Assembly: GCF_006345805.1 (NCBI RefSeq) | Contig: NC_043000.1 | Location: forward strand, 60,016,001 to 60,080,000 | Source: Octopus sinensis | Lineage: Eukaryota | Direction of reading: 5' to 3' | Length of the DNA: 64,000 nt | Shown here: piece by piece, positions 50,621 to 63,720 of the stretch | Layout: each line of letters opens with the position of its first letter | Numbering within the stretch: position 1 is the stretch's first letter | The notes under the pieces: model-generated | The model's database searches: none | Told to the model about the DNA's origin: nothing | The model's input: the letters and a program-made list of their open reading frames with translations, nothing else | Translations under genes and position numbers: made by a program

Positions 50621-52273
50621 AAAACTATTAATACTATATTTAAGGACTGCTTCAATGTTTAACATGTAGATATTAACCATTTATACCCTTGACACACTCT
50701 AACATAGATAATTGCTCTTGGTACTCCTATAGGGTCAGTAATATATCTACTTTGAAACCCTTTATTTTAAATCTGTTCCTACATCCGTACATTTTTTTAA
50801 AAGTTTACCGAAAAAAACAAATTTTTATGAAGAAGAAAAAAAAAGCAATGAAAATGTTATTTAATTTTATTTGTTTTTTCTTTTTTCTGCTTGCAAAAGT
50901 AGTATCACTTAATCATAAACACTATCAGCTATATAATCTAAAGTAATGTTGTCTTGAGACAAGTGAAGGATATGCCTGTAATACTAGATGGCTACTAAAT
51001 CTTCTTTGAACTTGGTGATAATAGTAAAAGAGAGAAGATTGACAGACCAGATTGATTCCACACTAAAAGGCTATCAACCAATGGAAATAGTAGGAAGATT
51101 TATTTCATTTATAGCTATTTTGAAAACAAACTGGACTATACAAATTACTAGAAATAGCTGAAATAGAGAAATCAGTATTTTTGAAATAAATGCAGAATGA
51201 GAAAATTAAGAGGCTGACTGATAAGAGAATTCAGTAAAGTGATAAAGGTTAGATGTTATCAGTAAGTGTAAAATGGTATTTAAATATTTAGTGACTGAAT
51301 TGGAAGAGGAAAACTTAAGATGGGGCTACACTATTAAAAAGCAACATAGCCAATTTAAGATTAAAGAATAATTCTCATTTTGATCTAAACAGGAGTATTG
51401 CAAATAACCATATTAGGTCGAAATTGTCAATTTTAAAACCTGATATATATAATTAATTTTCTTTTATTATTTATTTATTTATTTGTGTATTCCTGTGTGC
51501 ATATGTGTGTAAGTAAAGTTAACCTAAATTTAAATTTTTTAAAGCTAGATGTAAAATTATTGAACAAGCATATTACTTTTTCATAATATGAAATTTTGTT
51601 GGAACCTAGACTACCTTAGCAATTAGAATTTGTTTTCGTCTTCCTTATCCTAAAGAGCATCTCATTTAAGAAGCGTTCAATACAGAATGTGAGATTGAAG
51701 ATGAGGATGATGATGAGAATGATAGTTCTTCCTATGACTACACAAAAACAACAACCAATTTCAACACCACCATCACCAACACCAACACGGCTGCAATTAC
51801 AAGCAGCCCAGTCATATAGTTTACTTTGATATTGATTTCTATCTACAAGCCAGAAATATTCATACTCTCATCAATGAAGTAAAAGTTCAGGATTCTTGCA
51901 TGCAAAAGAATCATATATCAAATTTGACCAATTTCCAAAAGTAAAACAAACACAAAAATAATTGAAATCAGTTAGGTTAATAACATGTTGATATAAAATA
52001 ACCTTTTTGTTTTTTTAAAAGGAGGAGGCAAAAATATTTTTATGGAACCTACACATCTGATGTTGACGTGCATATACACACACAATGTAACTATACTTCA
52101 AGAAATAAATCATAGATGGTTCTACTTTTATATATAAGTCAATTACCAATATGCAGGAAAGGATTAGGTACAAATTCCATATAGTGTACGTGTACCCATT
52201 ATGAACTATGAACAGACGAGAGGTAAAGTAGTATCATAGACAGTATTTACATCACTGTAACTGAGCAGCTTAA

Positions 52274-52488
52274 CCCTTTTGTTACTGTATTTATTTTGAG
52301 AAGCTCTGTGTCTCTTTCAATTACTTTAAATATAACAAAGAATTTAGGAAAAATAATTTTATCATTCAGCTAGTGTTAGGAACATAAATTGTGATTAAGG
52401 TTTGGTGGAAGATTTTAATTCAAAACTTATAACAAGACATTTGTATTCAGAGCCAGATCTGGTTTCAGCCAGGTTGGTAACAAAAGGG
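52274..52488. mobile_element. piggyBac-type MITE, family P1 (copy 2)
   Basis: TTAA (52270-52273), cccttttgttac...gtaacaaaaggg, TTAA (52489-52492); internally homologous to 9121-9341. Confidence 0.88.
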
Positions 52489-53726
52489 TTAACAAAAAGA
52501 AACAAAAAGAAATAAAATACCGAACTTAAAAATTAAGAACTGGAGTCAAAGTGAATGGCTAAGCACTTCAAGATGGTGCCCCTGTATAGCTACAGTTCAA
52601 TGACTGATACAAGTAAAAGAATAAAATTGTGTGTTGATGTCATAAGAATTTTATAAACTTTTTGCGAGAACATAAAATTATTCTTTTTCAGAATAGTATA
52701 TCTTAAAGTATACACATAATGCTACATATAGCATGTAACAATTGGGCTGAAAATCCTTTGGATAGAGAATGTTGAAAGCTGCCTTCCACATTTTCTATCT
52801 AAAAGGGATTTTCAACACAACATTTATATGCTATTATTTATAGCTTTATGTATGTGTATATATCTATATATGTGTGCATGTATACACACACACATATGCA
52901 AAAAACATACACATACATAACTGTATTTGTATCTATACCTCTGTCAGTATGCATGTGCGTGTAATTACTGTTTCACATCCACTCTGTTATTAGATGTGGC
53001 AGTTACTATTAGAGCAATTGCTTTTTTAATGTTAGATAACATTCCTAACCACTCAACTATGGAAGAGTGGGAAACCTTTTATTATTATTAGTATTATTCC
53101 TTGTTCTTAGTATTATTATCATCAATAATAATATTCAGAGGAACTGAAGCAAGGACATTTATGAGCAGCACACATACACAACCAGGCAACCAACCAACGA
53201 TAAAACCGACCATAAAATCTAACTGTTTACCACTGCCATAAAATCAGATAAATTATGAATGCCCTTCTTTTTTCTTCATTATACAATATTCTGATAGCAG
53301 TTAGATAATCTGTGTTTTATAGGGACGTATTTTCTTGCTAATCTATTTTTATTCTTTTTTAATTTAATTTTATTTTTCAATTATGCTTTATTTAACATCA
53401 GATCATCCCTAAGGTTGAGCAGCTTTATGACATTTTGGCTTTGTCTAACCCATTTTCTTTTCAGATAGTGCTTATGACAATGTGGTATTCTTTTTTGAAG
53501 AGTGTAGGGTGCAACTCAAAAGACATGTAGCAGTTGGTTCTTGACAGTTGAATGACCATGTACAGCACTCCCTTACTGGCTCATTTATAGATAGATACAA
53601 CTGTTAGGAAGAGGAAAATAGCTAAGAAATGTTTATAAAATCAATGGCTTTGTAAATTGATAGATGAAAATATTAATATTGCCTTTTGTTTATGGACAAG
53701 AATTTGTTGTCTGTAGAATAGCTTAA

Positions 53727-53935
53727 CCCTTTAGCATTTAAACTAGCCGTATGCAGCCTAAATCTTCTACTGGTTTTATGTTCAAACTAACCAGATCAAA
53801 CTACCCTACAATATCATTCTAAAAAATATACAACCACATCATCAAAATCTTGAGGTAACTAGATAATGCATGATTAATTCAAAACAATGTAAATAAATAA
53901 GTATTACATTTGACAGTACTCTGAATGCTAAAGGG
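53727..53935. mobile_element. piggyBac-type MITE, family P2
   Basis: TTAA (53723-53726), CCCTTTAGCATT...AATGCTAAAGGG, then ctaa (mutated TSD). Confidence 0.8.
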
Positions 53936-54289
53936 CTAAATCTAACACTAATGCATCAAATTTCAACATTTTAAGCTGTATTGTAATTTAATTTATTGTT
54001 ATTAGTTACTGAAATTCAGTATAGTAATAGGAAGGGCAACATCTATGATGCTTTATGAGAACCTTCAAGACTGATGGGCAAGGAGGATGCTAACATTAAC
54101 CCAAAGACATGGCTCAAATGTTTGCATTGCAGTGGATTCTGCTAAGAGTACTCAAGGACCAAGTGTTGGTGTTATATCAAGTAATGAATTATAACTGTCA
54201 CACAGGTAGGCCATAGCAAGGATTGAACTCAGTATGCAAAAAAAACCAGCACAATACTTAATAGGTTAATGGCCAACACACAAGTGATT

Positions 54290-54583
54290 TTGCCAATCCA
54301 TTACCCTACACTGGTGCTTATTTACTAATCTCCCCACACCCTCTCCAGAAAGATGAAAGGCAAAGTTAACCACAGCAAGATTTGAGCTCTGAACACAGGA
54401 AGTCAGAATAAATGCCACCAAGCATTTCATCCTATACTCAAACATCTCTGTCAATGTGCTACCAACATTGAAAGGCAAAGTTAACCATGGCAAGATTTGA
54501 ACTCTGAACACAGGAAGTCAGAATAAATGCCACAAGGCATTTCATCCTATACTCAAACATCTCTGTCAATGTGCTACCAACAT
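54290..54583 (-). mobile_element. Family B SINE with tandemly duplicated 115-bp head (54354-54468 and 54469-54583)
   Basis: tgaaaggcaaagttaacca...aatgtgctaccaacat is repeated back to back with few mismatches. Confidence 0.85.
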
Positions 54584-55029
54584 GATTTATAGGAAATGTG
54601 ATTCACAGAACATTAAATGTTAGTATATTCTAATTCCCTTCTGTAGTATGTCTAACAAAATGGAAATTTTACACTAGTAGATAGATATTTCTGCTGTCTA
54701 ACTTTGAATATAGCTAAGCAGAATATTGGCTATATCTCATAGAAAGTTAACTTGATTAATATCCAACAATTAGGTCAAATATACAAAAATATGGTTGGCT
54801 ACACAAACAGTCTTTATTCTTATCCGAAAATAATCACATAAATGTGGTAAAACCAAGCAGAGTAATCAATTATTCTCAGATAATACTGACAGACATTGAA
54901 TTGTAATATAATGAAATTACTAATATCATTTCAGTTATTAAACCATATCCAAAGATTATTGTCTGAGATTAAAATAAAATCAGCTTCATCATTTGCAAAT
55001 CAAGTCAGAATATTCAGCATCTCGAAGCA

Positions 55030-55775
55030 GAAATGCTACAATTGCCCACTTTGCTAGATATGACAGTGAAATGTTCCTTAACTCACACCCTGTTATCTTA
55101 AAAACTGAAAGACATCAGATAAAGTAGTTCCTAATTGACAACAAGATGGGGTAATCATAGTTTAAACACTTTTGATCATAAGTTCACTCAATCAGGATTG
55201 ATCTGGAGTACCTAGAGTCAAGTGACAACAACAATAGTAGATGTTTTGTAGGTGAAATTAATGGATTTGCTAAGGAAGGATATACCAGGATGGTTTCCTA
55301 TTTCCTTCCTCAGTTAAATATAAAGCCTACGAAAACATTGTGTCTATTTCTAACAGGTATATGGAATGAGACAAGTACAATCAAATAACTTATCACTTAC
55401 CCCCTAAACACTTTCTACAATATATCTGATGTCTTTTCACCTCAACAGGGATATGATAAAGTATATTTGTGTGTATAACTTTTCAAAAACCTTAAGGCCT
55501 GCACAGTCACTGCTCATTTTCAGTTTTTATAGAATGCCAACTCATAACTTCATGTAACTTTACATATATGATAAACTGAACTCAGCCAATATGGCAGCCT
55601 CTACATGGTCACTTAACTTGTTAGAAATAGCAATCAAACCTCTCACAAATCACATCCTCCAGAAAGGACATATTGTCAACATTGAGCTAGATACACAGAA
55701 ATGAGATGGTAATGTCTAGAATTCCTCTGAACTGATCTACTTAATCGAGGATGATTGGAACTAAACAACAACAAA
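55030..55775 (+). mobile_element. Two family C repeat copies (about 55030-55235 and 55590-55775)
   Basis: ttgctagatatgacag...actcacaccctg and ggtcacttaacttgttagaaatagcaatcaaacctctcacaaatcac...ctaaacaacaac. Confidence 0.6.
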
Positions 55776-57429
55776 CTGAACTCAGAACTGCAAGCTACTA
55801 AATGACTCATAAGATTTCTATTGCTGTTACTGATCATATTAATGAATATCACCCTCTCATATATACTTAGTTCTAGACAAACTGGATTGCTTGAATGACT
55901 AGATCAGAAGCACAATAGTGTCAATGAGAGGATAAGAACTCGTTTGTTTCAGTAATGTATGCTCTTAGTTATTGCATGCAAAATTCATAATAGAATGAAA
56001 TTAACAGAAAATATGAAGCCAATTATAATATTTCTCTGAAATTTTAATGTTCCTTTCTAAGGTTACTTAAAACAGGTTAGATGTTAAACTAAAATTAGAC
56101 CTTATCTCATAAAAGGCACCCAAAAAAATGGTACCAGTAATTTATCTACCCTAAAAGATCTTTATCTATATAAGCCTGCAAATATTCAAATTTATAAGAT
56201 TGAAAACTTGTAGTTTCAAGGAAAGAATTATCCTAAAACATGAGGATTTCTTTTAATCAATTACGCTTTGAGAATTTTTTTAGCTAAATGTTTAATCCTA
56301 ATCAAACAGATCTGCTGCTACAAGTTAATTTTTTTCATAATTTCATTCAAAAGAAGACCTAGAGAAATATATCTAATGATATGATAACCTACACTTTATA
56401 AAGTAGGTACAATTTTATCTATTCCTTTCATGTAAATTTATAAAAATACATCTGTCAGTATCATAGAATCAAAACAAATGCTTAGTCAAGAAAAGTGGAT
56501 GAAAAATAATATTCTCTGCATGTTATTATCCGAGTGATAGTGACAATGATAATGACAAGTTACAGGAATTACTAAAAAAACAAGCTAAGATATGCAACAG
56601 ATATTATATTTGGTTTTGATTTCAAAAATATTAAGTCAGCAACATCATAAATAAAGACTTTAGGTTTTACAGTAAAATAGAAGAATATGAGGAAACTAAT
56701 GATGTTTTCTGTAAGTAAAAACTTAAAACAAATAGTTTAAACAAGAGAAGTCTAATGTTTTGAATACTTGCTGTTCTTCAAAAAGAGAATAGAAAAAGAG
56801 GGCATGTCATATTGCAAGGCCCCAAAATTGTCCTAATGATAAAACTATTCTCTCTCTCTCTTAACTCAGGGCCCAATTGTATGAAACATTAGCTTACGCT
56901 TCTTTCTATTGGCCTAAGACACTGTTTCAGCTCTAGATTATATTGCTTGGACAATTTGAAGATTGCGTGATGTTTGTGTACATAATCTTCTTTCTAGTCT
57001 GCTAAGCCTGATAAACTATCACCAATATAATATATTTAAGTAGCTTAAAGTGTTATTTAGTCAAATCATTCACTTTGTACAAAATGATTTGATTTCATCA
57101 TTGCAAATAACCAAGTAACACCAAATATTAACTTATCAGTAGCATTATTAAATCAACAACTCAAAGATGTGACATATTCTGCAACAGCTCTTCTATAGTA
57201 AACTACTACAATTTTTTAACTCAAATGCTAGACTTGGAGCCAATCAAAACTTTTCACCTAACCCATCACTATCTTCCATTACTCCACAACAATACATCTG
57301 TCTATATTTTATTCAATTTTACCAGTTGACTATCACTCCTTTGAAAGAGATATTGATCAATCCTTTAAATTAATGAGGACTTCATCTATTTCACCACATA
57401 TAAAAATACAGACAAAATAATATTAGCCA

Positions 57430-57595
57430 ACTCAATGTGGTAACTAGATCTGCTAGAAACAGCAGCCAAATCTACCTTAAATTATGCTATCATTTTAGAA
57501 ATGTACATTGATTAATGTTGCCCTACAAAAAGACAATGACTTAAATCCTTTTGATCAAAGGTTTGCTAATCTGGGCTTAAACAGCAGCAACAGCA
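57430..57595 (+). mobile_element. Interspersed repeat family C
   Basis: ctgctagaaacagcagccaaatctaccttaa...ctgggcttaaacagcagcaac. Confidence 0.65.
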
Positions 57596-58467
57596 TAAAA
57601 AGATATACCATAAAAGCAGCAGATGAAGTAAAATGATTCTGATTTCCTATATTAAGTATCAAATTAAATCAGACACATTATGAGCACCAATATCAGATTT
57701 TTTTTAAAAGTGCACAGAATCACCTACAGTGGTATTTTATGGGCCTTAATTTAAGTGAACAAAATGTACCAGGTCCTTTTGTTATAGAAGTTAGCACAGT
57801 AATGTATAGTCCAATTCCTGTGGGTACTTCTGTGTATATTTTTCTTTCTTAGATTTCTACTTATAAAGTATCAAATTTAATTTAAGTAAAGCTTGCTGCA
57901 AATTTCTACAAATTATTTCACCTTCTAAATCATTGTAGTTGACATTAACATTATTATTAGTGATATATAAATATTTTCAGGTTTTTTTTTTGTATAAAAG
58001 CAGCAACAATTAAATCCCTCCTCATTAGTCATGCTAATGTAGTTAAATCCATATAAAATGTGTCTGCAGATATAAGGATGTTTGCCATAAGTCATTGTAA
58101 AACTATCTTTTATTAAATAACAAAAGTGTGAATCTGTTCAAATTAAATTCCATAACTAATCTTTACAATATTTTAAAATCATTTGGAAGCATTCAGGCAG
58201 GGGTCTCCAATCAAAGGATAACTTCCTTCTTTCTCACAGCAGTCTTGGAGGTGCTGATAAAGATTATGAGCACTGCCTTCCTCATCTTAGACAGTCAACT
58301 TCCAAGTTATAAACATGTATAAAAGTTTGATAGCCTCATGAAAATACTCATTCTAATAACTCTTCCAATTAATCATAGAAAACAATACTGAATACTCTTT
58401 TTTTCATTCTTATTACTGTAAACAACAATAGAAAAAGTAATCCCGGATTGAGAAATAAACCACATAC

Positions 58468-58560
58468 CTTTTCTTTGATATTACAGATGAAATGGAAAAA
58501 TAAAACCATACTATAATCTGCTGAGATTTGTTACTTACCTACAAAAATTAAAAAGAAAGA
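58468..58560 (-). promoter_or_regulatory. Candidate recursive splice site (AG|GTAAGT) with 71-nt RS-exon-like segment
   Basis: Minus strand tctttctttttaatttttgtAG (58540-58539) is immediately followed by GTAAGT (58538-58533); downstream donor aag|GTATGT at 58467. Confidence 0.35.
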
Positions 58561-60775
58561 ATAAGTTACAAAATGAAGACAAGAATTTCTGTAAATGAAA
58601 TAATACAAAAATACAAATACACACACACATGCACACACACACAAACACACACGTGTGTGTGTATGTATGTATGTGTGTGAGATCACAAATATATCTTAAT
58701 ATTAACATTCAGTGATTCACAGCAAAATAGTGGAATTACCACAAAAAAAAATGAATAAAAAATTGGAGAATTTATTAAAGAATCCAGAAATCAAGTCTAA
58801 CTTGAACTGCTTCCTTATAATTATTATAAGAGAACGATACCATGCATCATGAAAGACAGGTTATAAATTAATTTATTTTTGCTACTATTTCAGAAAAATA
58901 ATTCTAAAATTAGATTGGTGTTTAGTTGTATTAAACAGGCTGCCAGCTGATGACTATTCACAAGCACGATCCCACTACTGCTCAACAAAGAGTCTTTTGC
59001 CTGCTGCATTTCTGCCCTGGGCTGAATCAACCCTTCATAGATAGGAATTTTGCAAAACAAATATATAAACATAAAAAATTCTAAAATCTTATCTGGATAT
59101 CTAAGTCTTAAAAATCAGAAGGAAATAGTAATTCTATATGATAATCATATTTGTCTCTTGAATCTAAAAATGTTATGAATCAACAAGTTAAATGAGTATA
59201 TTCTTTTTAATAACATATAAACTCTGTATTATTATCAACTAACCCACCAAAAAAAGAAGGAAAAAAAATTCATCTACCTAAATACTTTTGCTTGAAATAT
59301 TTTAAAACAGCCAATGAAATTCTAAATATACTTGAATTGACTTACTTAAGGATCTAAGATTTCAAAATACAAAATATAATAAAATCAATCTTTTAAATAA
59401 ATCTGTGTATATTGAGGTTTCTTTATATGAATTTTTACCTCCTACTTAGTTTGTCAGCCAAGAATAAAGAGCAGCTATCCACCAATGGATTAACCTATGC
59501 CAGATACCAAAATAATATTTACTTATGTAGTAAATACTTGGCCTGTGAGGTGGAAAGAGTGCTTTTTTAAGTGTTACCTATTACTAGGATTCTTTTATGA
59601 ATTATTATTAAATGGTCAGTCATTGACACTACCCTGGATTTATCTGTCTTTTTGATAGTTCATGCTTTCATTGTGCAGGTTTCTTAGAACCTTCATCACT
59701 TATTACACTGGTGGGGTTTCCAACTTAGTTGCCAATAAGCAGGCTATGTTACTGGTTGTACTAGGGTATATGTTACCAGCAGTGTTTATATATATATGCA
59801 CCTTACGTACACACTCACATGCACACATATAGCTCTCTCTCTCATGTGTGTATGTGTATTCATTCTAAAGGGCTAATGGTTAAAAAAAAAACAGCACTAC
59901 AATGTAAAAAAAAATAGGAGAATGTAAAAATATTAAATATCAGATGATTGTATGACTTCCAGTTTTGCATTCCTGCATGCATGTAAAATACACTGCTTTA
60001 CTGATGTCTATGATGAAAAGTTTAATGATATCTACTTTCAATACAGACACTAGTTATAGAACAATTCTACTTGTGATATACTGCAGTAATTGGAAACATA
60101 CTGAAAACTAATATGACCAACATTACTCTAAATATACCAAACAACAAGAGAAGTTCTAAGTGAATGAATGTTTAGCCAGTAACAAATAACAACTAATATA
60201 TGGTTAGAAATCATTTGTGGTCTATATTTAAGTGGACGGATCCCAAGTAGAAATCAATGGAGTCCAATATTGTGCACAAGCATATTTTCCTTAAAATAAC
60301 CAAAAATCAATAAATACAACAATTAGCATTGAGTAGACAAACGTCTGCAGTAAATGGTCCTTCTTATATTTACCTATCAATATATAATTAAAGACCAACT
60401 GTTTAACGACTTTCAGGAATTTATTCCAGGACTTTCCTTGCCTAGGTTCATAGTAATTATTAGCTAAGATCAATTTTTATTGATCAAAGACAAATTCTTA
60501 AGACTACGTATGTAGAAAGTAATGTTAGAAACAGGAATTTAGAACAAAACAGGATACTTAGAAAAACCATTAAACATTCAAAACTAGTACAATATATAAC
60601 AGCAGGAAGATTATGAGAAAGAAATTTGCAAAATCTCATTAAAAATGCAAAACAAAAAAAAAAATTTAAAAAAACATTTGGAACTTAATAGTATTTGATT
60701 AGAGATGAAAAGAAAATTATTTTCTTGTTTAAATTACATTTCATGAATACATAAAATACTGAAGAGTAATAATGG

Positions 60776-60983
60776 TTTCAAATTTTGGCACAAGGCCAGC
60801 AAGTTTGGAGGAGGGTGTAAGTCAATTACATTGATCTCAGTGCTCAACCAGTACTTATCAATCGTGAAAAGATGAAAGGTCAAGTTGGCCACAGCAGAAT
60901 TTGAACTCAGAATGTAAAGACAAACGAAATGCTGCTAAGCACTTTGCCCAGCATGTTAACAATTCTACCAACTCACAGCCTTA
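60776..60983 (-). mobile_element. tRNA-derived SINE, family B, near full length
   Basis: ggcacaaggccagcaag...aagatgaaaggtcaagttggccacagcagaatttgaactcagaatgtaaag. Confidence 0.85.
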
Positions 60984-61094
60984 CTGAGTAGTAATAATAA
61001 TAATAGTCATTGGACAGCATTGGTTAACAACACAAAGACAGAGAATCCAAAGATAGTGAATCAAGTAGTGTAAAACTCAAATAATTCATGACCA

Positions 61095-61290
61095 TTAGCT
61101 GTCTTCTATTGTTCTTGTTTAGCTCCAGGGTAACCAACTTCCACCAGACCTATGATTAAAAGCATAGGTATCATACTTTTCAGGCATAATGTACCTTGGA
61201 CAACAATATTCAGTGTTCTTTTTTAATATCAGTGAGGTTAAATCTAAAAGACATTTGGTTGCTATTTCAAGTAGACTGAGTACTGAGTTT
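61095..61290 (-). mobile_element. Interspersed repeat family C
   Basis: ttgtttagctccagggtaacc...cagacctatgattaaaagcat...gacatttggttgctatttcaag. Confidence 0.6.
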
Positions 61291-61399
61291 CCCTCAACCC
61301 ATCATATTCCTCATTTTATACATATAAAAGCACAATTACCCCTCTAACAATTCTTGTTGCAAATAACGTGAGTTCATGGCTGTTCCTGCACCAGCTTCA

Positions 61400-61876
61400 C
61401 ATAGCAGCCCTAGCCCATTAAAAGTACCTTGGATCACAGGACAGCCTGCTGTGCTTACCTTGGATCATAGGGTGACCTGCTGTGCTTGAGGAAACCTATT
61501 GAGTCAAGTACATCAACATCAAAATAAAAATCAAATGGAAATTGTAGTTGTGATACCTGTGCCGGTGGCACATAAAAAGCACCATCCAAACATGGCCATT
61601 GCCAGCGCCACCTTGACTGGCTTACATGCCAGTGGCACATAAAAAGCACCAACCGATCATGGCCACTGCCAGCCTCCCCTGGCACCTGTGCCTGTGGCAC
61701 ATAAAAAGCACCCACTACACTCACGGAGTGGTTGGCGTTAGGAAGGGCATCTAGCTGTAGAAACACTATCAGATCAGACTGGAGCCTGGTGCAGCCTCCT
61801 GGCTTCCCAGACCCCAGTCGAACTGTCCAACCCATGCTAGCATGGAAAACGGACGTTAAACTATGATGATGATGAT
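61400..61876 (+). mobile_element. RTE 3' UTR with about three 66-bp-type units and intact (GAT)n tail
   Basis: ggcacataaaaagcacc occurs three times; gttggcgttaggaagggcatctagctgtagaaac...ccaacccatgctagcatggaaaacggacgttaaactatgatgatgatgat. Confidence 0.88.
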
Positions 61877-62259
61877 GTCACTTTATTTGAAGATAAAGCA
61901 ATTTTATCAAATCATCCTTGGATATCTGTCATAAAGACATCCTCATAATTTTTCAAACAAATTAATCTCATCTTTAGAAATGAAACCCTGTTTTAAAATT
62001 TACTACAGCCATGCAATATTTCAATCAGTTTAATCTGTAATGATCAACCAATGCCTTTTTCTTGGGTGAGCACATAAGTACTACTGGATTCAAATGAGTA
62101 ACTAAACTTAGATTCTTCAGATATAATATCAAAGTATCGTGATTCAGGCCAAACTGGATGGTTCAGCTTTGGTCCTGAAAATTCAAGCTAAGAAGGTGAG
62201 CTTGAGGCAAAAGGGGAAGATTGGGCCAAAGAGGGACCATTACAATATCATTTAATTGG

Positions 62260-62425
62260 CTGGAAGTAGAAACCACTGTCTTAAAACTGAAGGGGAAGTA
62301 TCCAGGATAATATAGTTCTGGATACATTATTGCAGGAATAAAAACAAGATGATCGCTGTTCGAATGCATTTGATTATTGATCAGCTCAATAAGGACTAAC
62401 TGATTAGGATCTAAACAACAACAAC
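62260..62425 (+). mobile_element. Interspersed repeat family C
   Basis: ggctggaagtagaaaccactgtcttaaaa...gaatgcatttgattattgatcagctc...ctaaacaacaacaac. Confidence 0.55.
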
Positions 62426-63049
62426 AGTCTTAAAATTATTTCAGAACAAGGCCAAAAAAGCAATTTGAGATAAAATTAACTACAAAGTAGATATAGTTTC
62501 CTAATGGTCTGAGCTCAAGGTCTTTCTCTCTTTAATTAGGAAAATACATGAGCATAACAAGATTCTATTTCCATTCCCTTATAATTTTTGAGAAATCATT
62601 ACTGAAAAGTTTCTTTTCTTAATGCTACTGCAGTTGATTTACTTTGTGTCATATTGTCCATTTACAACAAAAAGAAACAATTGGTATTATAAAATCTACT
62701 ATCTTGTTTTTTAGTTTCTGCAATTTCCATTTAATTCTGTTTGAATGTAGGATCTGAGTTCATATCCAATGCAGTTGTTTTAGAAGTTATTTCATTCTAC
62801 CTAGTTCAAATTTTACATGGTGTATTCAACCAGCCAGAAATATTAATCAAATGACCATCATATTGAACCTTCAACAAAGGACGTGCATAATGTTCTAGAT
62901 ACATGATGCAAGAAAAAAAGATAATATAGTCATCAATTGAATGCCTACAGGATTAAAGATGATTTGGAGCACAATAATAATATACAGGTTCCTCAGATTA
63001 CCTGCAATAGAAGGGTAATCAGGACCAAGCAGTGAGCCTTATGAATTTG

Positions 63050-63215
63050 GGGCAGGCATGGTTATGTAATTAAGATTTTCATTTTGCAACTACATGGTTC
63101 CAGTTTTGACCTACATTGCACCCTGGGAAAATGGTTATTACCATAGTCTCAGACTGAGCAATGTCTTGTAAGTAAAATGTGGTTGGTAGATGAAAAATGT
63201 GTGGAAGCCTGCCGT
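63050..63215 (+). mobile_element. Family A SINE head, decayed
   Basis: gcaggcatggttatgtaattaag...caactacatggttccag...ttggtagatgaaaa. Confidence 0.6.
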
Positions 63216-63244
63216 GTGTGTGTGTACGTATGTCAGATTTTGTA

Positions 63245-63482
63245 TATTCTTTTACTTGTTTCAGTCATTTGATTACAGCCATGCTGGAGCAGCACCTCAA
63301 AGGGTTATTAGTCAAAGAAATCAACCCCAGGACTCATTCTTTGTAAGCCTAGTACCTATTCCATCAGTCTTTTTTGCTAAACCACTAAGTTACAAGGACA
63401 TAAACACACCACCATCAGTTGACAAGCAATGGCAGGGGACAAAAACAGACATATAAATATATATATACACACACACACAAAT

Positions 63483-63547
<65 letters not shown>

Positions 63548-63720
63548 ATGGGATTCTTTCAGTTTCTGTCTACCAAAACCTCATGAGTGGATTTGGTAGA
63601 CAGAGAGGTTTTGGTTGGCCCAAGGCCAACCAAGTAGAAAACATTTCATGAGGAGAAGACACTTACCCAAGGAGCCACATAGTAGGTCTGAACCCAGAAA
63701 CATGTGGTTAGGAAGTACAT
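63245..63720 (-). mobile_element. Full-length family A SINE with internal CA/TA microsatellite
   Basis: Tail ttttacttgtttcagtcatttgattacagccatgctggagcagcacc; head ttcagtttctgtctaccaaa...acacttacccaagg...gaacccagaaacatgtggttaggaag. Confidence 0.85.

Noticed and set aside
51680-51820. Acidic/Thr-rich reading (EIEDEDDDENDSSS...TTTNFNTT)
   Set aside because: Derived from degenerate (GAT)n and (CAC/AAC)n simple repeats.
58890-59072. ORF ...EGLIQPRAEMQQAKDSLL... (minus) and the overlapping plus-strand reading LPADDYSQARSHYC...
   Set aside because: Both strands give plausible-looking peptides, but there is no convincing splice pair or recognisable family.
62119-62200. Plus-strand exon candidate DIISKYRDSGQTGWFSFGPENSS before AAG|GTGAGC
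   Set aside because: An in-frame TAA precedes the donor and the other frames also stop.
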